Source of the DNA: Minisyncoccia bacterium
GTDB taxonomy: Bacteria > Patescibacteriota > Minisyncoccia > SW-4-49-11
Assembly: GCA_044356725.1 (NCBI GenBank)
Contig: JBIKVS010000010.1
Location: forward strand, 1-38,152
Length of the DNA stretch: 38,152 nucleotides
Direction: 5' to 3'
The notes beneath the pieces were generated by a model that had not been told where the DNA came from, ran no database searches, and worked only from the letters and a program-made list of their open reading frames with translations. A program made the translations under genes and the position numbers. This document shows positions 20,547 through 32,440 of the stretch, piece after piece (position 1 is the first letter of the stretch; the number at the start of each line of letters is the position of its first letter).

Positions 20547-20659
20547 AGTCCTTGCAATGATCTACTTTCCCCACTAGGAGTATCATCGACTCACAGAGGC
20601 TTAACTTCTAGGTTCGGAATGTAACTAGGTGGACCCCTCTGCGATAAATCACAAGGACA
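20547..20659 (-). rRNA. rrf: 5S ribosomal RNA
   Basis: Terminal helix GTCCTTG/CAAGGAC, CCGAAC loop and GAAGTTAAG motif; lies downstream of 23S. Confidence 0.95.
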
Positions 20660-20770
20660 TTTTTGTTCTCGAACACAAGATTATCTAAAAAAGATAATCT
20701 TATGCTCCAGAATTGGTGTAAATTTAGGTAATGCAATACTACATTCTCTTGAGTATCAATCAAAAGTTAA

Positions 20771-23780
<3,010 letters not shown>

Positions 23781-23962
23781 TAAATTCTGATTCATACTTT
23801 ATTGGTGAAAGTAGTAAAATTGCATTTACCTAAATTTACTTGTGAATGAACCCTCTTATAGAAACAGATGATAATATCTCAAAGGTTGAACTTTAAGAGG
23901 TCATCTCTGTCGCCATATTGCTCTCTTGGTGAGCTGAGTGTGAAGTTGCGAGTACGATATTT

Positions 23963-23991
23963 ATAATACATTAAATCTGAAGAGGTGTCAA
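23963..23991 (-). promoter_or_regulatory. sigma70 promoter for 23S-5S rRNA
   Basis: TTGACA-17 nt-TATTAT on the minus strand. Confidence 0.8.
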
Positions 23992-24163
23992 GGGTTTTGG
24001 GAGAGGAATTTTATATATTCCAAAATATAGTATATTTATAATGATATTAAACCATAGCACTCATTAAAAACACCTACAAGAAAGATATTCATACTATAAA
24101 TAATTTACTATATATTAAGTATGTGTGGATGTATAATATACTTAATTTTTAAGTTAATTAACC

Positions 24164-24192
24164 TTGACAAAAACCGCAAAATATGCTATGTT
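24164..24192 (+). promoter_or_regulatory. sigma70 promoter of orphan gene
   Basis: TTGACA-17 nt (ending TGC)-TATGTT. Confidence 0.7.
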
Positions 24193-24273
24193 TGTGAAGC
24201 ACACCCAGCTTGATTGCAGGTCTTGAAGCAGAAAGACCTCCCAAACTGGACTCGTCCCTTGGAGGGCAAAACA

Positions 24274-24747
24274 ATGTTCGTTTCCAATCTCTGCGTCCGT
24301 ACCGGACGAATCCTCAGTCTCATCGACTGGGAAGAAGTGAGCAAGATCGTGTTCCACGGTCTGATCGCCCTGATGGTCGGCATCTGGGTTGCCGGGGAAA
24401 CTCTCGGCCACTGGGTGCATCGCCTCAACGACTGGCTAGCCCATCATTGGGTTCAGCTGATTGTGCCCCAGACTTCCGTTGAAACGGAACAGGCACTGAT
24501 CATCGTCGAGGAAGTCTCGACCACTACCCTACCCATCGCCGTCGAGGTTGAGCCGAAGCTCCCTCCAGCAACAACTGAAGTGGTCGAGACTCCAGTACTT
24601 GACGAGCCCCCGCCAACATCACCATGCAAGCGCCGCAGGCAGTCCGCACCACCAACAGCGGTGGTAGTGACTGAAGAGCTTGAGCTCTTGCAAAAACGAC
24701 GCCCTCATGGTCGCCGAGCTCACGAGAGACGTCATGAGGCTGCTTGA
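24274..24747 (+). CDS. GC-rich hypothetical protein, one TM helix, Pro/Glu-rich and Arg-rich tail (orphan module)
   Basis: ATG 24274 preceded by GGAGGG; 157 aa; promoter and terminator flank it. Confidence 0.8.
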   Translation: MFVSNLCVRTGRILSLIDWEEVSKIVFHGLIALMVGIWVAGETLGHWVHRLNDWLAHHWVQLIVPQTSVETEQALIIVEEVSTTTLPIAVEVEPKLPPATTEVVETPVLDEPPPTSPCKRRRQSAPPTAVVVTEELELLQKRRPHGRRAHERRHEAA

Positions 24748-24809
24748 CAATCAATATACCAAGACAAGAGAATATAATTCTCACCATTACCACTAACCCA
24801 CCCTAGAGA

Positions 24810-24835
24810 CCCCAGCATAGTGCTGGGGCTTTTTT
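24810..24835 (+). terminator. Intrinsic terminator
   Basis: CCCCAGCA-TAG-TGCTGGGG followed by C and a T6 tract. Confidence 0.85.
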
Positions 24836-24870
24836 ATTTTTAAAAATAATATTTTTCTATATAGCAATAA

Positions 24871-24900
24871 TTGACAAAATGTAATAATTATGCTAATAAT
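24871..24900 (+). promoter_or_regulatory. sigma70 promoter
   Basis: TTGACA-17 nt (ending TGC)-TAATAA(T). Confidence 0.65.
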
Positions 24901-24944
24901 CAACTGCAAACTTTTATCTCCAACATCAGGAGAAGGAGCTCTTT

Positions 24945-25451
24945 ATGGACACTGCTTGTGTAGCTTTTGCCTTTGGAGCGCCTAGCTCCACAATGGCAAA
25001 CCAAAAAATTGCCAAAATGGCTTGCGGGATACAAATCCCTTCATACCCTGGAATCTACACCCAAATAGATGTAGATATAACTCTTTTACAAAAGGCTGGG
25101 TTTAGAGACAGGATGCAAGTGCTCTACACTGTAGAAAGACCCGGTTATCCACCACCAACATTGAGAATAGCTAGAGGAGCCGTTGCTTGGGCAATGGCGA
25201 ACAATTTAAGCACATTATATATAGCTTGTGCTTACCCACATCTGTGGAGATGTAGAAGAGATCTCAAGTTAGCAATCAATGAAAAGAAAGCTAATATCGC
25301 AATCAGAGTTTGCCCTGAAGCCTTGAGCAAAAAAGGCTGGTTCTGTAAAGACTGCACTCAATCTAGAACCAAGACCAAATCCAATTGGTATTTCAGAGAA
25401 TTAATTCTCATGATAATGCCAGTATGGCTATACAAAAAGATCGCTAGTTGA
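24945..25451 (+). CDS. Hypothetical protein (possible YdcF/DUF218-like alpha/beta fold)
   Basis: AAGGAG SD; VAFAFG N-terminal strand and AYPHLWRC motif reminiscent of the H..R motif of DUF218 proteins. Family call is tentative. Confidence 0.7.
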   Translation: MDTACVAFAFGAPSSTMANQKIAKMACGIQIPSYPGIYTQIDVDITLLQKAGFRDRMQVLYTVERPGYPPPTLRIARGAVAWAMANNLSTLYIACAYPHLWRCRRDLKLAINEKKANIAIRVCPEALSKKGWFCKDCTQSRTKTKSNWYFRELILMIMPVWLYKKIAS

Positions 25452-25474
25452 AAGCGCCTTCAGGCCGTTTAGAT

Positions 25475-25506
25475 AGTTCAGAGTAACCCAATACTCTGAA
25501 CTTTTT
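25475..25506 (+). terminator. Intrinsic terminator
   Basis: AGTTCAGAGTA-ACCCAA-TACTCTGAACT plus a T tract. Confidence 0.8.
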
Positions 25507-25601
25507 ATTTTGAATAAACGATCTAGACCACCTTCTGAAAAACAAATAAATGTTCATGCATTATGAGGAGAAAGAAATACACAAAATATTAGATAAGTGA
25601 C

Positions 25602-25645
25602 TATCCTCCTTTGGAGGATGTGGAACGAAGTGCCGGTGGTGGATA
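25602..25645. repeat. REP-like repeat (ACGAAGTG family)
   Basis: TATCCTCC..GGAGGATGTGGAACGAAGTGCCGGTGGTGGATA, similar to 14952-14995 and 15397-15457. Confidence 0.65.
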
Positions 25646-25691
25646 AAGTTTAATATTATTACAAACAAGAGTTTATTTTAGTATTTCAAAG

Positions 25692-25845
25692 TTTGTCCTC
25701 CCTCCCCCGTCGCAAATAAGATTTGCTCCTGTGAAACCTCACGGTTTCACAGCCTTCCTACACGGGAAAACTACCGTTTTCCCGACCCCTTTCCCAAAGG
25801 CTAAGGCCTTTTTACGGGTACTCCCTGCCTCCAAGGGGAGACAAA
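25692..25845. repeat. Copy B of ~155-bp multi-hairpin element
   Basis: Collinear with 15228-15382; closed by TTTGTCCTCCC...GGGAGACAAA. Confidence 0.85.
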
Positions 25846-25894
25846 GTAAACTTCAACCTTAAAATATTACCTATGATGTTTCTCATCTAATTAA

Positions 25895-26662
25895 CTATTT
25901 TAATCGATATAAACCACTTCCTATAAACTCAAGATATCCCTTATCTCTTAAAAACTGTAGTTGTTGACGAATTTTAGGTTTAACATTCTTATTCTCAGGA
26001 TGAATAATAGATAAATCATATTCAAAAGCATATATCTCTTGCAGTGAAAAATCTTCTTTATCTAGCATATCAATACAATTCATAATATCCAAAATCCACC
26101 CCTTAGATTCAGTTTTCTTTATTTGTTTTAAAAATACCGTTTTTTGCCATTTATCTAATACCTCTTGTTTAGGAATGATACTCCCATTTTCAATATAAAA
26201 AATTTTACCAGCTTTTGGTATCTTTGAAAAAATAATATTTGATCCAACCCATCCAGCTCTACGAGCTGTATCTGATAATGGGTTTCTTTTTTCAATAATT
26301 TCAGTTATGAAAAAATGCTTTGGGACTACAAAAAAATTATTCACACCTAATACATCCAACAGATAGCTCATAAAGAAAAAATTTGGCTTTTTGTCTGAAT
26401 TAACTCGCTCTATCATTTTAGAATAGGCTCCAGCCGATATCTTATTACCAAATTTACCTTGCTTTGACTTTAACTCAAAATCCTCTAAACATTTTAAACA
26501 ATAAAAATCAGCTACAGGTTTATTATTCTTATAGCCTGAGACTACACCTCCACAATTTGGGCAATAAATTTCTTCCAAAACCCAAGACTCACTCAGAACT
26601 CTTATTTTTTGTGAGGTATTAGTATAATTTGCTACGAGATTTTTATCTAAAGTTAACTTCAT
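25895..26662 (-). CDS. DpnI-like (Dam-replacing protein family) methyl-directed restriction endonuclease
   Basis: SQKIRVLSE, CPNCG, NNKPVADFYC..C, ELKSK, ARRAGWVG and C-terminal winged helix KIRQQLQFLRDKG. Confidence 0.92.
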   Translation of the reverse strand: MKLTLDKNLVANYTNTSQKIRVLSESWVLEEIYCPNCGGVVSGYKNNKPVADFYCLKCLEDFELKSKQGKFGNKISAGAYSKMIERVNSDKKPNFFFMSYLLDVLGVNNFFVVPKHFFITEIIEKRNPLSDTARRAGWVGSNIIFSKIPKAGKIFYIENGSIIPKQEVLDKWQKTVFLKQIKKTESKGWILDIMNCIDMLDKEDFSLQEIYAFEYDLSIIHPENKNVKPKIRQQLQFLRDKGYLEFIGSGLYRLK

Positions 26663-26694
26663 ATTATTATATTTTGTATCCTATACTAGATTAT

Positions 26695-27360
26695 TTAATT
26701 ATTTTTGATAATTTGTTGAGCAAGCTCAAACTCCTCAAGTAATATTAAAAACCTATCAAATAATCCATATATGATGTTTTTGACTTCTTCATTTTGTTTT
26801 ACTTCAGAAATTAATTTATTTATAAGGAATGCATCTTGTTTAGAAAACCCAATTTGTGTAATGAATCGCTCTCGACTCTCAGGAGTTGGTGAAAAAGCAA
26901 AATATTCACGAAGAGCTGAATACCATTTATCAATATAAACTTTATCTAATTTAAAAGGTATATTATCATAGGGAATATTATTATTAAGAGATTGTGATAT
27001 ATCTTGCCATGTATTGATTTTTTCATATAATAATTCATCTTCTAAACCTTTTATACACTGTGTCAAATACTTAGATTCTGGGACTAGATTATATAAATTA
27101 TTGTTAACAATATATTGCTCTCTAACTTCATCCACTATAACATGAAACTGGGCACCAGCAATAAAGCTATTATCTTTATCTAAACTTTTTAAGTTTAAAT
27201 TAGTACCATTAAAATGTGTAGTGTCCCTATCTATACTGTTTGTTAAATAGCGTATATCTGGAAAACTAGTACCTATCAAAAATTCATTTTTATTAAAATT
27301 TGAGAAAAATTGATTAAAAATTTTATCCGTTAAGACTATATGTGTTATAGGTCCTGCCAT
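26695..27360 (-). CDS. Hypothetical metal-dependent hydrolase (Zn-phospholipase C-like N-terminus)
   Basis: MAGPITH...GTSFPDI...TH...FHVIVDE pattern. Confidence 0.65.
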   Translation of the reverse strand: MAGPITHIVLTDKIFNQFFSNFNKNEFLIGTSFPDIRYLTNSIDRDTTHFNGTNLNLKSLDKDNSFIAGAQFHVIVDEVREQYIVNNNLYNLVPESKYLTQCIKGLEDELLYEKINTWQDISQSLNNNIPYDNIPFKLDKVYIDKWYSALREYFAFSPTPESRERFITQIGFSKQDAFLINKLISEVKQNEEVKNIIYGLFDRFLILLEEFELAQQIIKNN

Positions 27361-27475
27361 ATTTTATTATTATAATACATGCTCATTATAGCATTTCCTA
27401 AGCTATTTGTTAAATATTTACTCATCTCAATGTTGAAGTATGATATAATTTAATAATATTTGATAAATCTACTAT

Positions 27476-29137
27476 ATGTCCCTCAAAATTAGGCCTATTT
27501 ATATTTTTATTATAGTTGCAATTATTATTTTTCATTATAAAATTGGGATTTGGAATGTTTTACCTTTTAATGTGGAGTGGCTTTTACAAGCTTCGGACTG
27601 GCCGCAACATCATTTAGGTTGGGAGTTTTTTAGAAGAGATACTTGGAATTGGCCTTTAGGAGAATTTAATAATTTACTATATCCTGTCACAACTAATATT
27701 GGATATACTGATAGTATTCCCCTTTTAGCGATTAGCTTTAAGTTATTTAACTTTATTTTGCCGGGATTTTTTCAATATATCGGATTATGGCTTTTGCTAA
27801 ACCTTATTTTACAAGGCTATCTGGCTTTTCTGATATTCAAAAAACTTAATTTACCTAATAATTATTCTATTTTAGCTGGAGTATTATTACAATTAACTCC
27901 GGCTTTGATTGCTAGATTTAATCATCCTGCTTTGACTGCTCATTGGCTAATCTTATTGACTATTTACAATTATCTGAATTTCAAGGGTAGCTCTAAAGAT
28001 ATTTATCTAAACTTTTTAGCTATTATATTGAGTAGTTTAATTCACCCTTATCTAGCTATTATGATTATTACTTTGAGTTTAGCTAATTTATGGAGATTTC
28101 AATCTTGGCCTAAGGTTATATTACTATCTATATTAGCTATTATCATACCTTATATTTTATGGTTATACATTGGCTATTTTGTAGAATATTCTATTGGAGA
28201 CAGACAAAGTCTGGGATATTATTCAGCTAGTTTACAGACTTTCTTTAATCCTGCTTATGCGATTTGGAATCATCATATTAGAGACGCTTCTTTTTGGCTA
28301 AATGTTCGCGAACCAAGATATATGCTACAGTACGAGGGCTTTGCTTATCTTGGATTTGGTTTGTTGATTGCTATTATATTAAATTGTATTGTTTTAATAG
28401 TAAAACTTATTCAAAAACCAGTTCCAATATTAAAGATTATATTTAATTATATAAAATCTTTATTACAAAGTAAAAAAATATTCTTTATCTTGGCTATATT
28501 AGGAATATCTTTGTATGCCATATTATATAGAGATATTGCAGTAAAACTGGAGGCTCATAGTAATATTTATTTAATTAGATTGTTTTTGGAAAAAGCTGGA
28601 GTAATTAGAGCTAATGGTAGGTTTATATGGCCTCTGATGTATGTTGTTATAGTTTTTGTTATATATTTATTGTATAAATTATTACCTAAAAAAGCTTACT
28701 CTATTTTATTAATCTTATTAACTGCCCAGGCTTTAGATATTGGTCCATTGATTAAAGAGAGATTATTCAAGAATCAAGAGTTTACTACCATCAACTCTAA
28801 AGAAGGAGCTTTTTGGAGAGATTTAATCAAGAATTATAAAGCTGTATACATGTATCCCGGGGGGCAAAGAACTTATAACAGAAGTGATGATTATATAATA
28901 TTCACCTTCTGGGCAGCTCAAAATAATATTCCTATCAATGCTGGATATTTATCTCGTTACGATGCTGATATAGCTAAAAAATTTAATACTCAATTAGAAA
29001 AAGATTTACAGAATAACAAATTAGAAAAAAATGTTTTATATATTACTAATAAAGAAAACAAGGCATTATTCCAGAATATTAGTCAGTCTACTGGAAGAGA
29101 ATTTGTTGAATTTGATAATTATTATATTTTGAAATAA
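27476..29137 (+). CDS. Multi-pass membrane protein, GT-C/YfhO-like (DUF6311-type)
   Basis: DWPQHHLGWEFFR, YTDSIPL, EGFAYLG and RANGRFIWP motifs; many TM segments. Confidence 0.8.
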   Translation: MSLKIRPIYIFIIVAIIIFHYKIGIWNVLPFNVEWLLQASDWPQHHLGWEFFRRDTWNWPLGEFNNLLYPVTTNIGYTDSIPLLAISFKLFNFILPGFFQYIGLWLLLNLILQGYLAFLIFKKLNLPNNYSILAGVLLQLTPALIARFNHPALTAHWLILLTIYNYLNFKGSSKDIYLNFLAIILSSLIHPYLAIMIITLSLANLWRFQSWPKVILLSILAIIIPYILWLYIGYFVEYSIGDRQSLGYYSASLQTFFNPAYAIWNHHIRDASFWLNVREPRYMLQYEGFAYLGFGLLIAIILNCIVLIVKLIQKPVPILKIIFNYIKSLLQSKKIFFILAILGISLYAILYRDIAVKLEAHSNIYLIRLFLEKAGVIRANGRFIWPLMYVVIVFVIYLLYKLLPKKAYSILLILLTAQALDIGPLIKERLFKNQEFTTINSKEGAFWRDLIKNYKAVYMYPGGQRTYNRSDDYIIFTFWAAQNNIPINAGYLSRYDADIAKKFNTQLEKDLQNNKLEKNVLYITNKENKALFQNISQSTGREFVEFDNYYILK

Positions 29138-29139
29138 AG

Positions 29140-29165
29140 AAAAAAGCCCCCGCAAGCGAGGGCTT
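29140..29165 (-). terminator. Intrinsic terminator between convergent genes
   Basis: AAGCCC-CCGCAAGCGA-GGGCTT with an A tract on its left. Confidence 0.75.
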
Positions 29166-29194
29166 GGGGGGAAGGGGTTTTTTTTGGAGGTGAG

Positions 29195-29878
29195 TCAGGT
29201 AGAAAAACATTCCTTAATCGACCTGAAAAGTAAATTGAAATCGGTGTCCCAACCATTCCAGGTAATTTGCCCCAGTTTGCTGGAAATACACCGGGCTACA
29301 TCCAGAATGGTTTTCTGACCATTTCTATGAGACTGTGAAGACTCGGTGCGAGACTCCTGTCTCAGAGGCTGTTGTAGCACCACTGGAGGTGGTGGAGCCA
29401 CTGGGTGAGGCAAGGTGGAGGCTTCAGACACAGTCTCGTGAGAATTATATTCTCCACAAAATCGTATATTGGGGTACCCACTATTAGGTTCACTTTTTAT
29501 AACGATTCTTTGATCATATCTCCCAGAAGGAGTTAGTCCGTATGTAGGAGTGACGTACACCTTATCAACTGCATAGCATCCGCCCTTATAGATTGGGTAG
29601 GGGTTACTCACCCACCTACTTGTAACTTTTGTTAAAGTTATAGGATGAGGATGATTATGGAAGAGTACTCCAATCTCATTTGATACTGGACAGTCAACTG
29701 AGTTGACTTCGTCGATTGCCAAAACATTGTTACGAGTATCAAAGTATACTAGAAAATCATCTGCTCTGCAATCCCTTATTGAAGGCGTGGCCTTGGCCGG
29801 GGATGCAGGAAGTGCAACCCCAAGAGTAGCGGTTGCAGCCAGCACGGTGCCGGCAAGTTTGTGAAATGAACTGGACAT
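29195..29878 (-). CDS. Secreted hypothetical protein with six Cys (orphan module)
   Basis: ATG 29878 preceded by GGGGAG; signal peptide ending PASPAKA. The track's TTG start at 29935 is actually the -35 box. Confidence 0.8.
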   Translation of the reverse strand: MSSSFHKLAGTVLAATATLGVALPASPAKATPSIRDCRADDFLVYFDTRNNVLAIDEVNSVDCPVSNEIGVLFHNHPHPITLTKVTSRWVSNPYPIYKGGCYAVDKVYVTPTYGLTPSGRYDQRIVIKSEPNSGYPNIRFCGEYNSHETVSEASTLPHPVAPPPPVVLQQPLRQESRTESSQSHRNGQKTILDVARCISSKLGQITWNGWDTDFNLLFRSIKECFST

Positions 29879-29906
29879 TGAGGAAACTCCCCAAAACTGC
29901 CCTTTA

Positions 29907-29935
29907 TATATACCAAAAAATACTAATATTGTCAA
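29907..29935 (-). promoter_or_regulatory. sigma70 promoter of orphan gene
   Basis: TTGACA-17 nt (ending TGG)-TATATA. Confidence 0.7.
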
Positions 29936-30021
29936 GTCTTAATAACATAAAAAACAGCTGAACTATATACAAAATAGCAATTTTATGATATAATAATATT
30001 ATATAATTAAAAATTATATAA

Positions 30022-30366
30022 ATGGGATTTATTATTTCGATTATTGCTAATAGTGTGGGGCTGTATGTGGCTAGCGTTATAGTCCCAGGGGTTATAGTTA
30101 GTCCTGATATACCTTTATATTACTTTTTGATTGCTGGGTTGATATTTACTGTTATATTCTCGATTATCTTACCTATTATTAAACTTATCTCTTTCCCGAT
30201 TATATTTCTGACTCTTGGTTTGTTTTCTTTTGTCTTAAATTTAATAGCTTTCTACGCTCTAGATCAGCTTTTAGTTGGCTTAGATTTTAGTTCTATTTTA
30301 TCAATGATATTGACCTCAATCGTAATTAGTAGTATAAATATGTTATCTAATGTATTTTTACGATAA
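30022..30366 (+). CDS. Four-TM 'phage holin family' (YvlD-like) membrane protein
   Basis: PIIKLISFPIIFLTLGLFSFVLN motif. Confidence 0.85.
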   Translation: MGFIISIIANSVGLYVASVIVPGVIVSPDIPLYYFLIAGLIFTVIFSIILPIIKLISFPIIFLTLGLFSFVLNLIAFYALDQLLVGLDFSSILSMILTSIVISSINMLSNVFLR

Positions 30367-30378
30367 TAATTAATTCTT

Positions 30379-30594
30379 ATGGAAACCTATATCTCTATTG
30401 CTCTTATTACCCTTTCTGTCTTGCTAGTAGCATCCGTTTTGTTACAACAAATGGGTAGCGGACTATCCTCTACCTTCGGTGGTGGCGGAGCCTCTTACCA
30501 AACTAGAAGAGGTTTAGAAAAAGTTTTATTTAGAGCTACTATATTTTTTGGAATTCTGATTATAGTTGGAAGTGTTGTCTATATTGCTCTATAG
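30379..30594 (+). CDS. secG: Preprotein translocase subunit SecG
   Basis: VLLQ..GSGLSSTFGG....TRRGLEK.L...T motif. Confidence 0.92.
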   Translation: METYISIALITLSVLLVASVLLQQMGSGLSSTFGGGGASYQTRRGLEKVLFRATIFFGILIIVGSVVYIAL

Positions 30595-30643
30595 ATTAGT
30601 ATTTAATATTTTATTAGATATCTTAACTCATTAAATTATATTT

Positions 30644-32437
30644 ATGGACATTATCAAACGAATTCCTAGATCTATTAATCCAAAGAATATTCCTAAGAAT
30701 ATTCCCAAAAACATCCCTAAAGGCATCAAGAACCTCAATAAAAATAATCCTCTAAATCACTTAAATCTCAAGGATATTTCTAAAAATATCCCTACTGGTA
30801 AATTACCTAAATCTTTTAAAAATAATATCTTTTTCAACTTTATTATTCTTTTTATTGTTTTAATCGTACTTGGAAGTGTAGTCTATCGTGTTATAACTAA
30901 AGAAGTTCCTACAACTGGAGGTATTATCAGAGAAGGTATTATAGGGCAACCACAATATATTAACCCTGTTTTATCTTTTTCTAATGATGTCAATAAACCT
31001 GATAGAGTTTTGGAGTATTTGATTTACCCAACATTATTTAGATTGAATGCCGAAGGAAATATAGTAAATGAATTGGTGGAAGAATATACAGTTGGAGATA
31101 ATGGCAAGGAATATATTTTCAAGATTAAATCTGGAATTACTTGGGATGACAATACTCCTCTGACTATTGATGATATTATTTTTACAATAGAGACTATACA
31201 AAATCCTGATTATAATAGCTCTCTTAACTCTGCTCTCAAAGGGGTTATTATAACTAGAGTGGATGACTCTACCTTAAAATTAAATCTAAATGCTAGCTAT
31301 TCACCCTTTTTATCTGGATTAACCTTTGGTATTTTGCCAAAACATATTTGGAAAAATCTAGAGCCTAGTGCCTTTCTTTTATCTAAAGCCAATTTGGAAC
31401 CAGTAGGTGCTGGTAAATTCCGTTATAAATCGATTCAAAAGAAAAAAGATGGGAATATTGCATCTGTGACCATTGAGAGAAACCCTAATTATTTTGGTGA
31501 AAAACCTAATATAGAGACATTTATTTTAGTGTTTTATGCTCAAGAAGAGGATATGATTCAAGATTTCAAACAAAACAAAATACAAGCTATCACCCAACTC
31601 AAAAACCCTTTAGATGAATCAGATAAATTCCAAACCAATATTCTGAACATCCCCCAATCTTTTGGAATTATATTTAATGTCAAAGATCCTTTATTCACTA
31701 ATAAAGAAATCAGACAGGCTATTTCTAATTCAATTAATCGAGATGAGATTATAAATAATGTTTTACAAAGAGAAGCAACCTCTATTAATGGCGTGCTTAG
31801 TCCTTTTAATAAATTTTATGTAGACACTCCGATTGAACAAAATATTGATAATGCTAAAAGAATATTAGATGAAGCTAATTGGAAAGATAATGATGGGGAT
31901 GGTATTAGAGAAAAAGATAATCAGAAAGCTGAATTCACCCTATTAGTGGCTGGAGGTAATAAAGTAGATGAAGTTACCCAAATGCTAAAAGAGCAAATTA
32001 AGGCTACCGGAATCCAAATGAATACTGAGGTAATACCATTTAATGAACTATCTAATAATCAAATTAGAAATCGCTCTTATCAAGCTCTATTCTTGGGACT
32101 TGGGCTTAATATATATCCTGACCCTTATATTTATTGGCATTCTTCGCAAATCAATAGTCCTGGTCTGAATTTATCTCAATACACCAATATAAATAATGAT
32201 GGATATCTTGAAACTGCTAGAACTAACACGGATGTAAATGTTATCACTTCTAGTTTAGCTCAATTCCAAAAGCAAATCGCTGATGATGTACCTGCTATCT
32301 TTATCTATTCACCACAATATCTATACTATACTAACCCGATTATTAATAATATTAAATTATCTACTGGTAATTCATCTGTTGATAGATATGCCTCAATTTC
32401 TGAGTGGTATGTGATGACCAAAAGAGTATTGAAGTAA
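30644..32437 (+). CDS. ABC transporter substrate-binding protein, peptide/nickel family 5
   Basis: WDDNTPLTIDDIIFT, PVGAGKF, IRQAIS..INRDEII and PDPY.YWHS motifs; N-terminal TM anchor. Confidence 0.9.
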   Translation: MDIIKRIPRSINPKNIPKNIPKNIPKGIKNLNKNNPLNHLNLKDISKNIPTGKLPKSFKNNIFFNFIILFIVLIVLGSVVYRVITKEVPTTGGIIREGIIGQPQYINPVLSFSNDVNKPDRVLEYLIYPTLFRLNAEGNIVNELVEEYTVGDNGKEYIFKIKSGITWDDNTPLTIDDIIFTIETIQNPDYNSSLNSALKGVIITRVDDSTLKLNLNASYSPFLSGLTFGILPKHIWKNLEPSAFLLSKANLEPVGAGKFRYKSIQKKKDGNIASVTIERNPNYFGEKPNIETFILVFYAQEEDMIQDFKQNKIQAITQLKNPLDESDKFQTNILNIPQSFGIIFNVKDPLFTNKEIRQAISNSINRDEIINNVLQREATSINGVLSPFNKFYVDTPIEQNIDNAKRILDEANWKDNDGDGIREKDNQKAEFTLLVAGGNKVDEVTQMLKEQIKATGIQMNTEVIPFNELSNNQIRNRSYQALFLGLGLNIYPDPYIYWHSSQINSPGLNLSQYTNINNDGYLETARTNTDVNVITSSLAQFQKQIADDVPAIFIYSPQYLYYTNPIINNIKLSTGNSSVDRYASISEWYVMTKRVLK

Positions 32438-32440
32438 ATT

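Noticed and set aside
15035-20575. tRNA-Gln as the integration site of the accessory region
   Set aside because: The accessory genes lie 5' of the tRNA and I found no duplicated tRNA 3' end; the duplication is of 5S.
24154-24793. Alternative-frame ORFs around the GC-rich orphan gene
   Set aside because: Expected from stop-codon scarcity at high GC; only the 24274 frame has promoter, SD and terminator support.
30022-30366. Prophage inferred from 'holin' family gene
   Set aside because: This four-TM family is commonly chromosomal and here precedes secG; no other phage genes nearby.
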